A stretch of 63,626 nt of DNA, counting the filler, from Bigelowiella natans CCMP2755 (taxonomy: Eukaryota > Protista > Cercozoa), in the NCBI GenBank assembly GCA_000320545.1. It is 10 parts of 10 records of this genome, joined end to end, with 100 filler letters (N's around TTAATTAATTAA, not from the genome) between each part and the next. Parts side by side here need not be neighbours in the genome. Positions count along the whole stretch, not along the records: positions 1 to 17,514 come from ADNK01003031.1; 9 more parts are not named here. One strand, given 5' to 3'. The translations under genes and the position numbers were made by a program. Below, in pieces: positions 1-12,663 of this stretch. A model generated the notes under the pieces. It made no database searches, was not told the origin of the DNA, and saw only the letters and a program-made list of their open reading frames with translations. How positions within the stretch are numbered: position 1 is the stretch's first letter; every line of letters starts with the position of its first letter.

Positions 1-1413
1 GCTACTACCTCGTCGTTCTTATGCACGCCTAAAATCGGTTTGCCAGTGACCTGTAACACACAACAGTTTTGGAGACTGGCGACTATCGATCCTCGCTTCG
101 AACAGCGCCAGCCACTCGTTTGTTGCCTCCTTCCCCCTCACCCCGTCCCTTACAGAATGTCATCTCTCAAATCCCCATCGGATCTTCGGCTTCCTGGACC
201 GTCCTCCTCTCCTCGCTTTTGCACTACTGCTGCTGCTGCTGCTGCTGCTACTACGATTACTTCACGTAGGAAATAATGATGATACCCAAAATGCGCATAA
301 ATTTCTTCCCACAACACTACAGTACTCCGCATATGAACGGTGGATTAGTCACTCTTCTTCCAGGGAGCAGCCAAGCACCTACTACGTCCCCCCCCCCACC
401 CCCCTTCCGCGTCCTACCGCTTCCAGAAGCATGCAGAGCTCATTCCCGGAGGCAAGCCGAAGGCACAAAGGCGGAGAAACTTCGGGAAAATATACGATTA
501 GAATATAGAGCGCAAACGGCTGGCGAAGGCGTATTACTCGTTCTAGAAAGACAACTAGGCAAGAGGACAGAATATATACGAGCAACGTCGATGCATTCTC
601 AAGCCCTGGTGACGCGAGCTGTGTCGTAGGAACAGGGCATTGGAGGTACGTTCGAGGCACATTTCACATGATATTCTTCCTATCACCATCAATACTGCGT
701 AGGCCGACAAGGAATAGGTGCAACATGTGCATACGCGTCACCATCGTCATCATCGTCATCATCGTCATCACCGTCGTCGTAGTACCTCGGAAATCAAGCA
801 CGGACGATATCCACTTCGACAGCCCTTCCTGGCAAGTTGATAAATAGTTGGATTCATATGTGTACGTGTGTGTGTGTTTGTGTGTGCGCGCAATCGCGAA
901 GAGATGTAGAAAAACGATGATTGCTTCTGGTTGGCCCTGCGCGCGGGGAAAATCACATAGCTGATATGATATCCAATTCGAAAAAATCGACCGAACACGC
1001 ATCACAAGCTTTCACAGTCATAGTATGTCTGCTGGCCTGCTCTTACAAGGAAAAGGGGGAAACAACTTCCACCTCAACTTCCTTCAAGTTTTCCTCCCGA
1101 GCGTTCCTTACTACACGATCGATGTCGTTCCTGTCTATATTAGCACACAGCGTTTGCATACCTGCGCGCTTGTGATTCTTACTGTGCGCGTCGCGCATCA
1201 TCACCGAACGTATTCCAAACTCGAACAGCCTTACGTCCCTTTTTATAGGGGTACATAACTGCCAGATCCTAGGTATCGAAAGAAGATGCCAGTTAACAGT
1301 ACATAAACTACCCAAATTTCGGGGCTATCTATTTTACTCCTGCTTATCATACACAACCACCGTAGGATTTACGCTCCCAGCTAGCTCTTGGTCTATAACG
1401 GCAGAACTCTTCA

Positions 1414-1910
1414 CCTGAAAGGAAGGCCCGTTGTCCAGCAGAATCGTATCGCTGGTGATGAAAATAGTATCAGTGGCATAAAAACAGCGTCGACGATCAC
1501 CCCAGAATATCCATCACAGCCTTCTAAATCGGTCATGTTTAATCGTCGCAGTGCTACCCTTCGTTGACGCCGCAGTTGTACAGCGCAGCACTATCATCTC
1601 TAAGCCAGACGCCCTGTACGAAGGCGTTGGGATATACATGAAAACATCGGTGAATAATTCGCTCTCGACGGTTCTTTACCTTAAACTTCAGCTTGATCTG
1701 ATCCATGCATATATTACAGCTGTCCCTTACTTTTTCTTTCACCGCCAAAACTTTCTCATCGCCTCCCCTCACCTGAGATTTGACACAATAGTGTGATGAT
1801 TGATTCCGTAAAAGGGAGCTAGGTTTCGACATATCTGAAGAGTGGAACGGAATTAGACGGACCTTGAGAGATAATATTTGGTCTTGTCGATCAGTTACTA
1901 CAATCTCCAT
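1414..1910 (-). CDS. N-terminal ubiquitin-like domain of a multi-exon gene that probably continues toward position 1
   Basis: Splicing three GT-AG introns gives MEIVVTDRQDQILSLK|VRGGDEKVLAVKEKVRDSCNICMDQIKLKFK|GVWLRDDSAALYNCGVNEG|DTILLDNGPSFQ. This follows the ubiquitin pattern (MQIFV..., VKAKI, QRLIFAGKQLED, NIQKESTLHL) with no C-terminal GG. Further minus-strand exon-like segments at about 1070-1130, 785-830 and 418-480 could not be joined reliably. Confidence 0.65.
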
Positions 1911-1996
1911 TGTATGTTGTATGCTGATGAAACGCCGTCAAACGTCATGCCAAAGAGTATTCAGGACATAGCACAAAGCCTCGCATTCTTTTCTCG

Positions 1997-2063
<67 letters not shown>

Positions 2064-2875
2064 ATTCACTCTCTCACTGCCACTTCCCAGAAAGGAAAAA
2101 GGCTTCAGGGGATTCTGAAGCAAAACAGACACGCTGTGGTTGGCTGCCGAACGATCGAGCGAATTTCACGTTTTTCCAGATCTTCTAGAGCATTATGAAG
2201 GGAAGAGTATGACGAACGGCATCCTTTATTCGCTTATTATTGGAAATATCCATGTCGCAGACGGAAATCGGATTCGACCACGTCGGCAAATGCTTTTAGC
2301 GCAAGGATTCCCATTCCTCAGATACCCATCCTTGTTCCCGTATTTTTAATAAATGAAATCAAAACTCTGATCGCGACAATATAAAGAGGAGGATTTCATT
2401 AATTTCTCTTCGCTCAGCCGTCCTCACAGATTAACTGCCTTCTTAATTCATTTGGTCCCTCATCATTGTCGTTTCACTAAAACTAAGGGCAATTCTTTCA
2501 CATCTCATTTTCCAAATGAATATAAATCTCGTGGATTTGCACACTGCGACAACAAGAGGGGCACATGTCGACATGTCGACGTATTAATTTGCGTACAATG
2601 TCTTAACGGATATAATTATGAGAGGATTTCCTCTTAATTTTAGATATGCGACAATGTTTCCACAGAATTCTCAGAGAATAAGCGCTCTGCCTTTCCGAGC
2701 TCACGACCCGAATATGGCGGTTACGACCGTTTCGAGTGGCCGAGAGGCACTGGAATAAATTTATAAGACGAGACATTAGTAGCTGGGAGACGTTTGAAAT
2801 TCAATGAGGGGGATGGATGAGCACATAGCCCCCGACCACCATCCCCTTCGCTGAGGAGATAAACTTTGGTGATAG

Positions 2876-3476
2876 TTCCTCGAACATACGTTGAACATTC
2901 TTTTGAAGCGAAAGAGCGAGAGCCTTTGTCCTGGCCTTTGAATACGGCAACCTTCAAAGTGTCTTCCTCTTCAGTTCAGCGAGTCCTCCCAACTTGCGAG
3001 GGAGTCGTTACTCGTAGGGAGAGGCACGACTCGGAGGACACAACAAACACCGAATCCAGTATTAGAACAACCGTAACAGGCCGCAAAATGATAGTTAGAC
3101 AACCAGCAAAGGATCAAGACACGTCCACAGACGGCACGATAACGCCGCGCTCGGCGTTGTCAGAAGGAAAAGAGGTATTTTTTTTAAAAAAAAACGGGGA
3201 GATAGCATATATGAATCGTAATCTAGGCCTTCTAATTATCTGTCTATGACATGTCTGCTTTTAATTCGTGTAGAATTGTCACACCATAGAGAAATTTGAC
3301 CATAAATCTCTGTGGAAGTAACAAACTCTTCTTTGGATTGACACATCTTCTTATTGCTCTTCTTCAACAACACCAGTCCATAATAAACTTTCGAAGACGC
3401 CTTGTAGCTGCAAAAACCTCGAGAAAGAAATTGCCATGGTAGTGTGCTATGATTATACACATACACCCTACACACA

Positions 3477-3508
<32 letters not shown>

Positions 3509-3521
3509 CACACATAATTTA

Positions 3522-3591
<70 letters not shown>

Positions 3592-3957
3592 GTGCGTAAC
3601 TTTGTAGATATATTTCAAAGATTTTTGATATCTTTGCATTGTGCGCGTGTACATAAAAGATGAAAGCATAAGATAACGGTTTGTTAATGGCCTTCTCAGG
3701 CTTCCAAAGGATTCAGATTGGCGAAAGTTCCTCTTCCGCATCTTCGATGACGCCGGCTCGTCATGGGTAGATATGAAGGATCAATATTGATAAAAACCGC
3801 TTCCTTTACCGAGAACATCGACGGCTTTTGTAGCTAAACCAACCATTTTTTTTAATCGCGAGCACCGTAAACAACCGCGGGACGCCGCACTGCCTTTATA
3901 TGTTCTGATACGTTATAGCAGCAACATCGTTCAGATGGAGAGATCGCCGCAGCGTCG

Positions 3958-4004
<47 letters not shown>

Positions 4005-4652
4005 CCTGTATGATTCTGATCTAGTCCACGCACAGGTGTCAATAGTATTCTCTCTCATATCGGCGGGCTCGTGTGCCTATCGTGTGCAGCGATGGTACGT
4101 ATTGACACATTGTGCAGAATCAAATCCTTTCTATTGATTGAGATGTGACGGTTTGCGCTGTATGCATACATCGGACCGATCGTCCATTGGCATGCCCTTT
4201 CATGTTTTCGAGCCACAATGACGAGCCTCGCGCCTTCTTTCCCCCTCTCCTCCCCCTTGGACAGATTGTAAGCTCCATGCCGAAATTTCGATACCCGAAC
4301 TATGGGGATGAAGAAAACGACACATCGAGCACATTTGACCACGTATGTGTTGCTCCATGCAGCATCTGTCTATGCCGTTGTATTTTAGAGTAAGAGACGG
4401 GAACTCACCTTTCAGAGAAAATTTTTAAATAAGAAGATGACTTGGGAAAGAGGAAGTCCTCTGGCCTCCTCTTTCCTCTTGACCATTTCTCCCTAATCAT
4501 CCGGATACGATTACAACGCAATATATGCATGGATGAGCCACCGTCTACGAGCTTTGTCTTGTAGAAGAAAAGCTACGTGTTCTGTTTCCTCTCGGGTTAC
4601 AGTATTCTCAGTGCAGTGGAAATGAAATCCGACAACGCTGATGTATATATAA

Positions 4653-4695
<43 letters not shown>

Positions 4696-5102
4696 ATGTG
4701 TGTATTGTCGTTCTTCAGATCGAAACAGCCAGTGTAATGTTCTTCACGATCGAGTATATCGTTCGCGTGGCGTGCTGCAGTGCAATGTCGGAGGTGTACA
4801 TAACGGGAAGCCCTTTCCTGTTTACCCAGGTGCGTTATTTCGAGCTTTTGATGAATCGAACGTCTCCTCCTCCTCCTCCTTCTCCTCCTCCTCCTTCGCC
4901 TCCTCCTCCTCCTCCTCCTCCCCCTTGTTTTTGATTCCCGGCTCGCTATGCGCTGCGGGGTGCAGTTTCGAATAAGTTTCTGCAAATAGCAGATATTATA
5001 TTATTCTTCACATATGGCACCATGTCTCAGGAAATACCATGGTCTTGCTTCACCGAGTCGCAGTGGGTTCATTTAAGGAAAATTTGGTGTGTTTGTCCCC
5101 CT

Positions 5103-5147
<45 letters not shown>

Positions 5148-6578
5148 GTGTGTGGGTGTGTGTGCGTGTGTGTGTTTGGTGAGTGAACCGATACGTCTAC
5201 TTTATGGACCCGACACATACCCTGTCTGGCCACGGATATCATCTATGTTCTGAAGGATCATTAATATTTGAGGGATGAGTGAGGGGGGGGGGGGGAGAGC
5301 AGCAGCAGCTGTTTTCTGCCAACGAATTGATGTTATATAAATATAAATATATCTTTTTATATATATTGTAATATATCGTATAAATGACACTCCTCCCTCC
5401 CTAAATCCCACCCAGCTACTTCGTCTCCAAGCCCATGAACATAATCGACGTGATAGCGATTCTCCCGTGGTATCTCGAGGTAATAATAGGATGCAGAGAA
5501 TAACCTTCTAAAAAAGATCCATGTGAATACAGCTCGGATAGTGGGAAGTGGGGGGGGGGAGAATGAGCGTTCCACTAAATTCGAGTGGCCTTGATTCTGT
5601 AAAATGAACTTTCCAAACGCCGCGTGTGCTCATTAGTTTGGCGAAGGGCTCGGAGTCAATCTCACTATCTTCAGAGTAGCAAGGTGACCGAGCTGCAAAT
5701 ACACGACGACGACGATGCTATACATCCTACTCGTAGTCCAGGCCAACCACCTCTTTAAAACACCTTATCTCAACCTTCCCCTCCCTATCCCTTCCCCCCC
5801 CCCTCTCCCCTGAAAATCGGAAAAATGCCACAGGCTGCTCAGGCTGGTGAAGCTATTTAAAGGTATTAGAAGCATGCACATGCTGATATTTTCCCGCTAT
5901 ATTCATTCGAACCACAAAACAAGAATCTGGTCATCGAGCTACCACCACCACTACCACTACCACGTCTGTGTGCTGACCTTCCTGTTTCGTTTTACAAAGG
6001 CAACACGATGATCCCGTTAGTGATGACAGTAGCGGGAAGAGCTGCATACCTTATCATCCAGGTGCGTTCGCGTAAGCTGGAATTGAGGGGAAAGAGTCCT
6101 CTTTTCTCAATTCCATATCCTTGCAAAATGCGGAACTGCAGAGTCTTCAACAAAGATGATACGCCGCGTAGAGCACCGCCACCACCACCACCACACCGCT
6201 CACACCTCATCTACTACATCAGGTGGCAGCGATTCTTGCTCTCTTTATGGTCTTCATGGCCTGCGTCATCTTCTTGTGCGAGCAAGGTCGGTGGTGGCCC
6301 CGGAGCATAAAACTGATTAGAAGGGATGATAATAACCTGAAGGAGAATGTGCCATAGACGTCGCGCACAATTACTTCCTTTTTTACTTACCGTCCTGCTT
6401 GCTTGCTTCTAGGCGATTACAATGAAGAGACCGGCAAATTCGAGCGAGACAACATGTTTGGTGAGAAGGAGGAGACGCCCTTCACATCGATTTTCATCTC
6501 GTTTTGGTGGGTTGTCGTGACCTTCACAACAGTAGGGTAATACGAGTGTCCTCGGCACACTGTTATACAAACATGATA

Positions 6579-6632
<54 letters not shown>

Positions 6633-8963
6633 CGTGTGCGTGTGCGTGTGCGTGTCTTAAATTGTGCGAGCACGTGCATGTGAGCGGGCAAGTGTGTATG
6701 TGTGGGTGTGGGGGGCCATATGTCTTCGTGTGCAGCATCTACACTCCATGGATCTCTCATTGCCGATTATCCCCTCCCCCATCATCCTCCTAACCTGTAG
6801 ATATGGTGACTTGGTTCCAACCACTGTCGCTGGCCGCATCGCGGGGTCCTGCGGAATTATGCTGAATCTGGTGCTGTTCGCTGTGCCGATCACGATTGTG
6901 ACGACGATTTTCATGGACGAATACAACCGACAAACCCTCGACGGCAAGTATAACGATCTGTATCGTGCCGTCGTCAAGTACGAGGGCGAGAAGCTCTCAA
7001 GACTGGTGGGGCCCATCCCCGCACCTTTATGCCATTGATGATAGTGTGCGGTAGATGTCTCGATGCGCTTGCTGCATTCGCAGCACGCGTGCGCGGGCGC
7101 GTGTTTAGTTTGGTGATAAGCGATGGAGAGTAATCGCATTGTTTCCATTCGTCCCTTCCTCCCCTCTCCTCTTCCCTCCTTCTCTCCCTCGAATAAACAC
7201 CCTCTCATCGCGCTCGCACCTCCTCCAGGTCCGGAAGGAGGCCAACGAGACGTTCGCGTTCCAGGAAACCCGCACGAATTTCTTTCCAAACAGGGGCAAC
7301 TTTTTTGCCCGGCTTTTTTACTTATTCGAGGACTTCAAGAGCGCGACCTTGTCCAGGATCGTGCAGACGATAGTCAACATCATGATCATTCTCTCCGCTC
7401 TCTCGCTGATGATAGAGTCGCTGCCAAAGTAAGAACGGGGGAGGAAAAGGAGGAGGGAGGAGGGGGGGGGGGGGGGGGGGGCGTACTAACGCTTTCGTTG
7501 CGAGATGGCAGATCGACCTTCAAACAAATGGAAAGGGGAAAGTTTTTTTCTCTCTCTTTCTCTCTCTCTTTTCTGTCTTACTCTCACACACGAGCGAGCG
7601 TGCGTGGTTTGACCAAATGATGTACACCCACTGCGCGTAGGTACCGCTACCCGGAATACGGAGAGAAAGAGGTACAAGCATGCTGTGTGTTTTGTTGATG
7701 GAGAATGCCCACTACCGAAGAACAATGGGGTTTCTTAAAATCATCAGAGTAATTATGTCGAGAGGAGCCACTCCCTTTGGATGTCTGACTCGAAATGCGC
7801 CTGCTTTGAAATCCAACCATCGTCATTATCACCATCCTCCTCCTCATAATTGTGTGCAAACCATTCTTTCAGGGTGACAGCGCGCCCGAATTCCAAAAGA
7901 TCGAGGTCGTCTGCGTGATCTGCTTCAGCGTGGAGCTTTTCACACGCATGTTGACCGTGTGGTTCGTCCCTGCGGCAGGGCTGCGCCGATGCGGATACAG
8001 GTCGCCAACCCACTTGATTGTTGAGCTTACCCGAGCAATTTTTGACATTCCTCTTCTTCCTCGGTCTGTGTTTCTTCCATCTTTTTCCAGCAATATGAAG
8101 GATAGTGACAAAAGCTGGCTAAACGGCCTCAAGTGGCTAGTGAACAAGCACACGCTCATCGATATCTGCTCGACCTTACCGCTCTACATCCAGGTTGTTG
8201 TCCAAATACTCATTTGACACGACGAGGGAGGGAGGAGGAATGTGCCTATACTACCGAATCGTCGTTGGAAAGGATGCCATGCTAATCCCCCCCTCCCCTT
8301 TCTAGTCCGGACGGATGTTGTTCTTTGTTTCTCACAATTTCCTCCTGCTGCTCTTTGCCTCCATAGTCTTTTGTAGCGCTGCCCTCTCTTGGCTTTCTCC
8401 GTGTGCTCCGGTTGCTTCGGATGGTGCGGGTGCTGCGACTGGCTAAGAGCGCGAAGGGGGTCATCATCCTCTCAGACGCCATCTCAAGAAGTAAGAAATC
8501 CGTGTGAAATGTGGAATTATGAGCGAGCTCAGTTGGAGACAGGGCCTCTAGCGACAGCAAGACAGCCCTGGACATAAAAAAGAAAGCGTAGAGGAAGAGA
8601 GAGACAATGGAGGGTGGAGGGGGGGGGGGGGGGCGGAGGAGAGCCACTGCATCCGCTCACTTACCACGCGCTGACTCGTCACGCTATTTTTAGGCATGGA
8701 AGCGCTGATGTCGCTCTCGGTCTTGTTCATTGCTTGGATCGTATTCGCGTCGTCCATTATGTTTTACTGCGAGCAAGGGAAATGGAACCCCTCCGACGGC
8801 AGGTTGAGTGCCTTCTCCACTCAGACAGTGCAGCTATCACAGGGACGGGCGGCGAAGCAAATGAATTGCCAACCCCCCCTTCCCCCACCCCAGTTTTCCA
8901 TCCTACACACCTCAAATATAGCCGTGAGGCAGCATTCTGTGAATAGAATAGATGCACGAAATA

Positions 8964-9001
<38 letters not shown>

Positions 9002-10870
9002 TTTTTTTAATATTATATTTATAATGTGCGTGAATGCATGAAACAATATTACAACATACTTTGTGACATCTCCTCACCTTTACTCATTGCAGATATGAGA
9101 GAGGGGTACTGTACGGGGCCACCGAGGAGACTCCTTTCCAGTCGATCCCGAGCACACTCTGGTGGATGATTGTCACTCTCACGACCGTCGGCTACGGCGA
9201 CATGTAATTTTCCCCAATCCCCTCCCCTCCCCTCCCCTGTGAGAAAGCGTTTTAATATTTTATGCCATCGTCTATCACAGGTATCCAACCACCCTTGCTG
9301 GAAGAAGCACGGGTGTCTTCATCCTGTTCTTCTCCGTCATCTCGCTCGCCGTCCCTATCGCTGTCGTCGGTGTGAATCTGGAGAAGGCGAACAAAGAGTA
9401 CGTCTTCTTGCACCGTGAAGACGGCCGTGCCCGCGTGTATGTTCGTGGTCTCTCGTTCCACTCGCGCATTGCGTTCGTTCGTTGGTGTGCGCTCACAAGA
9501 TGCCACCCTCCCCCAATTTTTCCCCCCATGAAAATAGGTATCAGCAGCGAGCGAAGAAGCACTCCGCCATCATGGAGGGGAAGGTGTCTCGATCACACCT
9601 GAGCCAGGGGAACCCCTCCGTCGAGTTCTTTGACGACATTGCCCGGAGGACCGGGAACATCGAGGACAACCTCGGGGAGATTCAGAAGCTGATTCGGTAG
9701 CGAATAGCGCGTAGAAAGATCTAAAAACAACCGACCTCAAGAGGGATGTCCGCCTAGCTGCATATGTTCTCTATAAAATTATGACCACATTTAGTCCGTA
9801 GATAGGGCAGTAGCCATTGGTGTCTTCCAGCGACTCGATAAAAGAGAAGAGAGATAAAAGGACAATCGCGAAATAAACCTTTCTACCGCCCGCCCCTACC
9901 CCCCCATCCCCCGCCAGGTACCACTCCAACTTCTTGCGCAAATCGGATTCCGTGTTGAGGAAGCAAGTCAAGAGCGCAAACCTCACGCTGGTGCCGTCCT
10001 GCATCACGGACTCAAAGAAACGCTTCGAGCGCATCGCAGAGAAGCTGGACATCACCCTAGAGCAGTTCAAGTACATGCAAAACTACCACGCCAAGATCTG
10101 GAACAACTACTGCCAGTCACAGCGGCACCGCGGCTTCTTCAACAAGGCGCTCCGCACGGAGATCTCAAAACGGACCTGCTTCGTCTTCTGGCTGCAGCAT
10201 GTGCAGAGCATGCGAAAGAAAAATTCCCAGAAGGCGAACGACTTCATCGACTACAAGCACACCGCCAACAGAGACGTGACTGTCTCGGAAAAAGACCGCG
10301 CGAGCAGCCAGCAAAAAAATAGGCGAAGGAGGGAAGCGCAGTCCAACGGCACACAGAAAAGGGAACGAAGACGGTGGGTGAGAACGGAGAGGGGGGGGGG
10401 AGAAAAAGGCGGGGGAGGCACAACAACAAACGGATTACAATTGAAACATGCACATCCGCACATTGCACGCACATGTCGCTGACCGCCTCCATCTTCTCCT
10501 GCGCACCCCCCTCCTTTTAGGAGCAGCTTCTTTGGGAGCTTGATCGGTTTTCGAAACAAGGAGCACGGTGGCAGTGGGACGACGGGATCAGAACTCGAGC
10601 TGACCTTCCCAATGACGCCGCAGCAATACACCCGGAGGCATCTAAAAGGCACCCCAAGTTCTAAGCATTTGCAGAATCCCCAGACTGAATCAATCGTGGG
10701 TCTTATGGACAGTCGCGGAGATTTGGTGAGGAAACAATAGAGGAGAAGGGAGGAAGGGGGGGGGGGGGGCAAAAAGGGGCTAGAGATGGAGAGCATGGGT
10801 AGCTTAGGATATCGGGCTCACTCATGATACCATTTGTATGTCGTCAAGTGAAATTTCAAACCTTCCCCCT

Positions 10871-10917
<47 letters not shown>

Positions 10918-11153
10918 CCCCTCACACACATACACAACACGCGCTCTAAATCTCTGGGCCGAATAACCATCAGGTGTCTGCGCAGCCGGGGGAGAAGAAA
11001 GAGCTTCGGCAACACAACCATACCGATGAAGAAGACGACACCGCCAGTGATCTACGGGCCCGGGAAGAGAAATCCGGCGAGCGATTAGAGCCAGCGGCGA
11101 GGGTTGCTGATAGTAAATGTGATAGGGAGGATGATGGTGTAGATATGCGGTGA
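2876..11153 (+). CDS. Tandem two-repeat (2 x 6TM) voltage-gated potassium channel, Kv-like, more than 20 exons; true start uncertain (upstream of 2876)
   Basis: Repeat 1: LPKDSDWRKFLFRIFDDAGSSW (3699-3766), S2 IETASVMFFTIEYIVRV, S3 PMNIIDVIAILPWYLE, S4 FRVARLLRLVKLFK, S5 VAAILALFMVFMACVIFLCE, pore FTSIFISFWWVVVTFTTVG|YGDLVP (6536/6801), S6 ...FAVPITIV. In-frame link through intron 7006-7228 to repeat 2: RLFYLFEDFKSATLSRIV, IEVVCVICFSVELFTR, LIDICSTLPLYI, FLRVLRLLRMVRVLRLAK, FQSIPSTLWWMIVTLTTVGYGDM|YP (9181-9203), LAVPIAVV. A long C-tail follows, with TGA at 11151-11153. One 1-nt frame break near 4065. Confidence 0.92.
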
Positions 11154-11838
11154 GACCTACTTCTCTTGTCGATTGGCATAGAAAAGACTGTGCCGACGCA
11201 ATTTTACTGGTAGTTCACGGCGGCAGAAATCATTTCGGTATATTGTTTCAATGTAAAACTATTCGATGGACCAAATACTAAATGTACATTACGGAAAGTA
11301 CCTTACGCTACACAAATGCACATTGTAGATTATGACAGACGATTTCAAAACTTTACGGAAGGAAAGGGAAGCAAGTGTCGTATGCATGTTGACCGCTATG
11401 TCGAATGCTATTCAAGGCACAACCACAAAACACGATGGACTTTCATGCATCGCATTAAACGCTGCAAAATAAGGAGTCGAAATGATCACATCGAGGGTGT
11501 GGGTGTTTTGATTATGTGGAGGAGAAATGGCTTTCTTCCTACCGCACTAACTAGCTAAACCCACCCGTAAGCTAGTTCAGGATCTCAGGATGCTATATGT
11601 GTGTAGCCAGAGCACAGCAGGGTTCCTCCGCCGCAACAGCTTACGCACTGCAAAATGCACGCCATCCCAGCAGCTAGATCCAGAGATGCTTATTCATCAT
11701 GGCCTGGATTGTGATTGATGTGGTGGCGCCGCCGTTGCTATTGTCACACGTACACACGCGTAAGCAGCGCAGCTTCAATAATGAGACTTTAGCTAGCGCG
11801 CACGCATGGCTGTGGCCACAGCACTCATGTGTTCTGAT

Positions 11839-12028
11839 ACTGGTGTATATACACCAGTAATTATTGCATCGCTTTTCGAGTTGACAAAAAACTTATTTGC
11901 ATGGTCTTAACCAATTCTAGAATTGATACACAATAACCACGTTTTACATTCTTTTACGTATATATATTATATGCTAGAATTTTAGCCGCGTTTAGCGACG
12001 TAATAATTACTGGTGTATATACACCAGT
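11839..12028. mobile_element. 190-bp MITE-like element, 27-bp terminal inverted repeats, 5-bp direct flanking repeat CTGAT
   Basis: 11839-11865 ACTGGTGTATATACACCAGTAATTATT is the exact reverse complement of 12002-12028. CTGAT lies at both 11834-11838 and 12029-12033. The interior is AT-rich and non-coding. Confidence 0.75.
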
Positions 12029-12286
12029 CTGATGTTTGCTTGTTTCTGCTGTATGTGCGAGGTCGGGCTACAGAGTTCGGCTGTCGCAAAACAATGCTAG
12101 AATGCATGGAATCACAGCACGGCCGGGAGTGAGCAACAGTGTCTACATCACGACATCGACGACAGCTGTGCATGCATTATTGTTGTCATGCACAGAACTA
12201 TGTTTCTGGGCCACAACTGCGCGCCGCCGCTAGCTTGTCATTGTCGTGCTATGTAGCGCCGAGAAAAGGGGCCGCATTATGTGGAT

Positions 12287-12362
<76 letters not shown>

Positions 12363-12471
12363 TATATGGCAGATGACATCTAACCCCGACAAGATGTTGC
12401 TACAGCTACGATGGTTCGAGTCGCCCGCCGTTCAAATGTCGCCTATATGTATATCTAATATAGCTTAGTTT

Positions 12472-12616
12472 CTAGTTATGATGCACCGATTTGTGGTGGG
12501 GGTCTCCATTCGTCATAAATAGCGTTCCAGCGACAGTGATGAAAATGGCCATCACGAACATCAACGCGCAGCTGAGGAGTAAGGGAGAGGGAAAGGGTAC
12601 AAGGGAGGAGGGGAGG

Positions 12617-12663
<47 letters not shown>

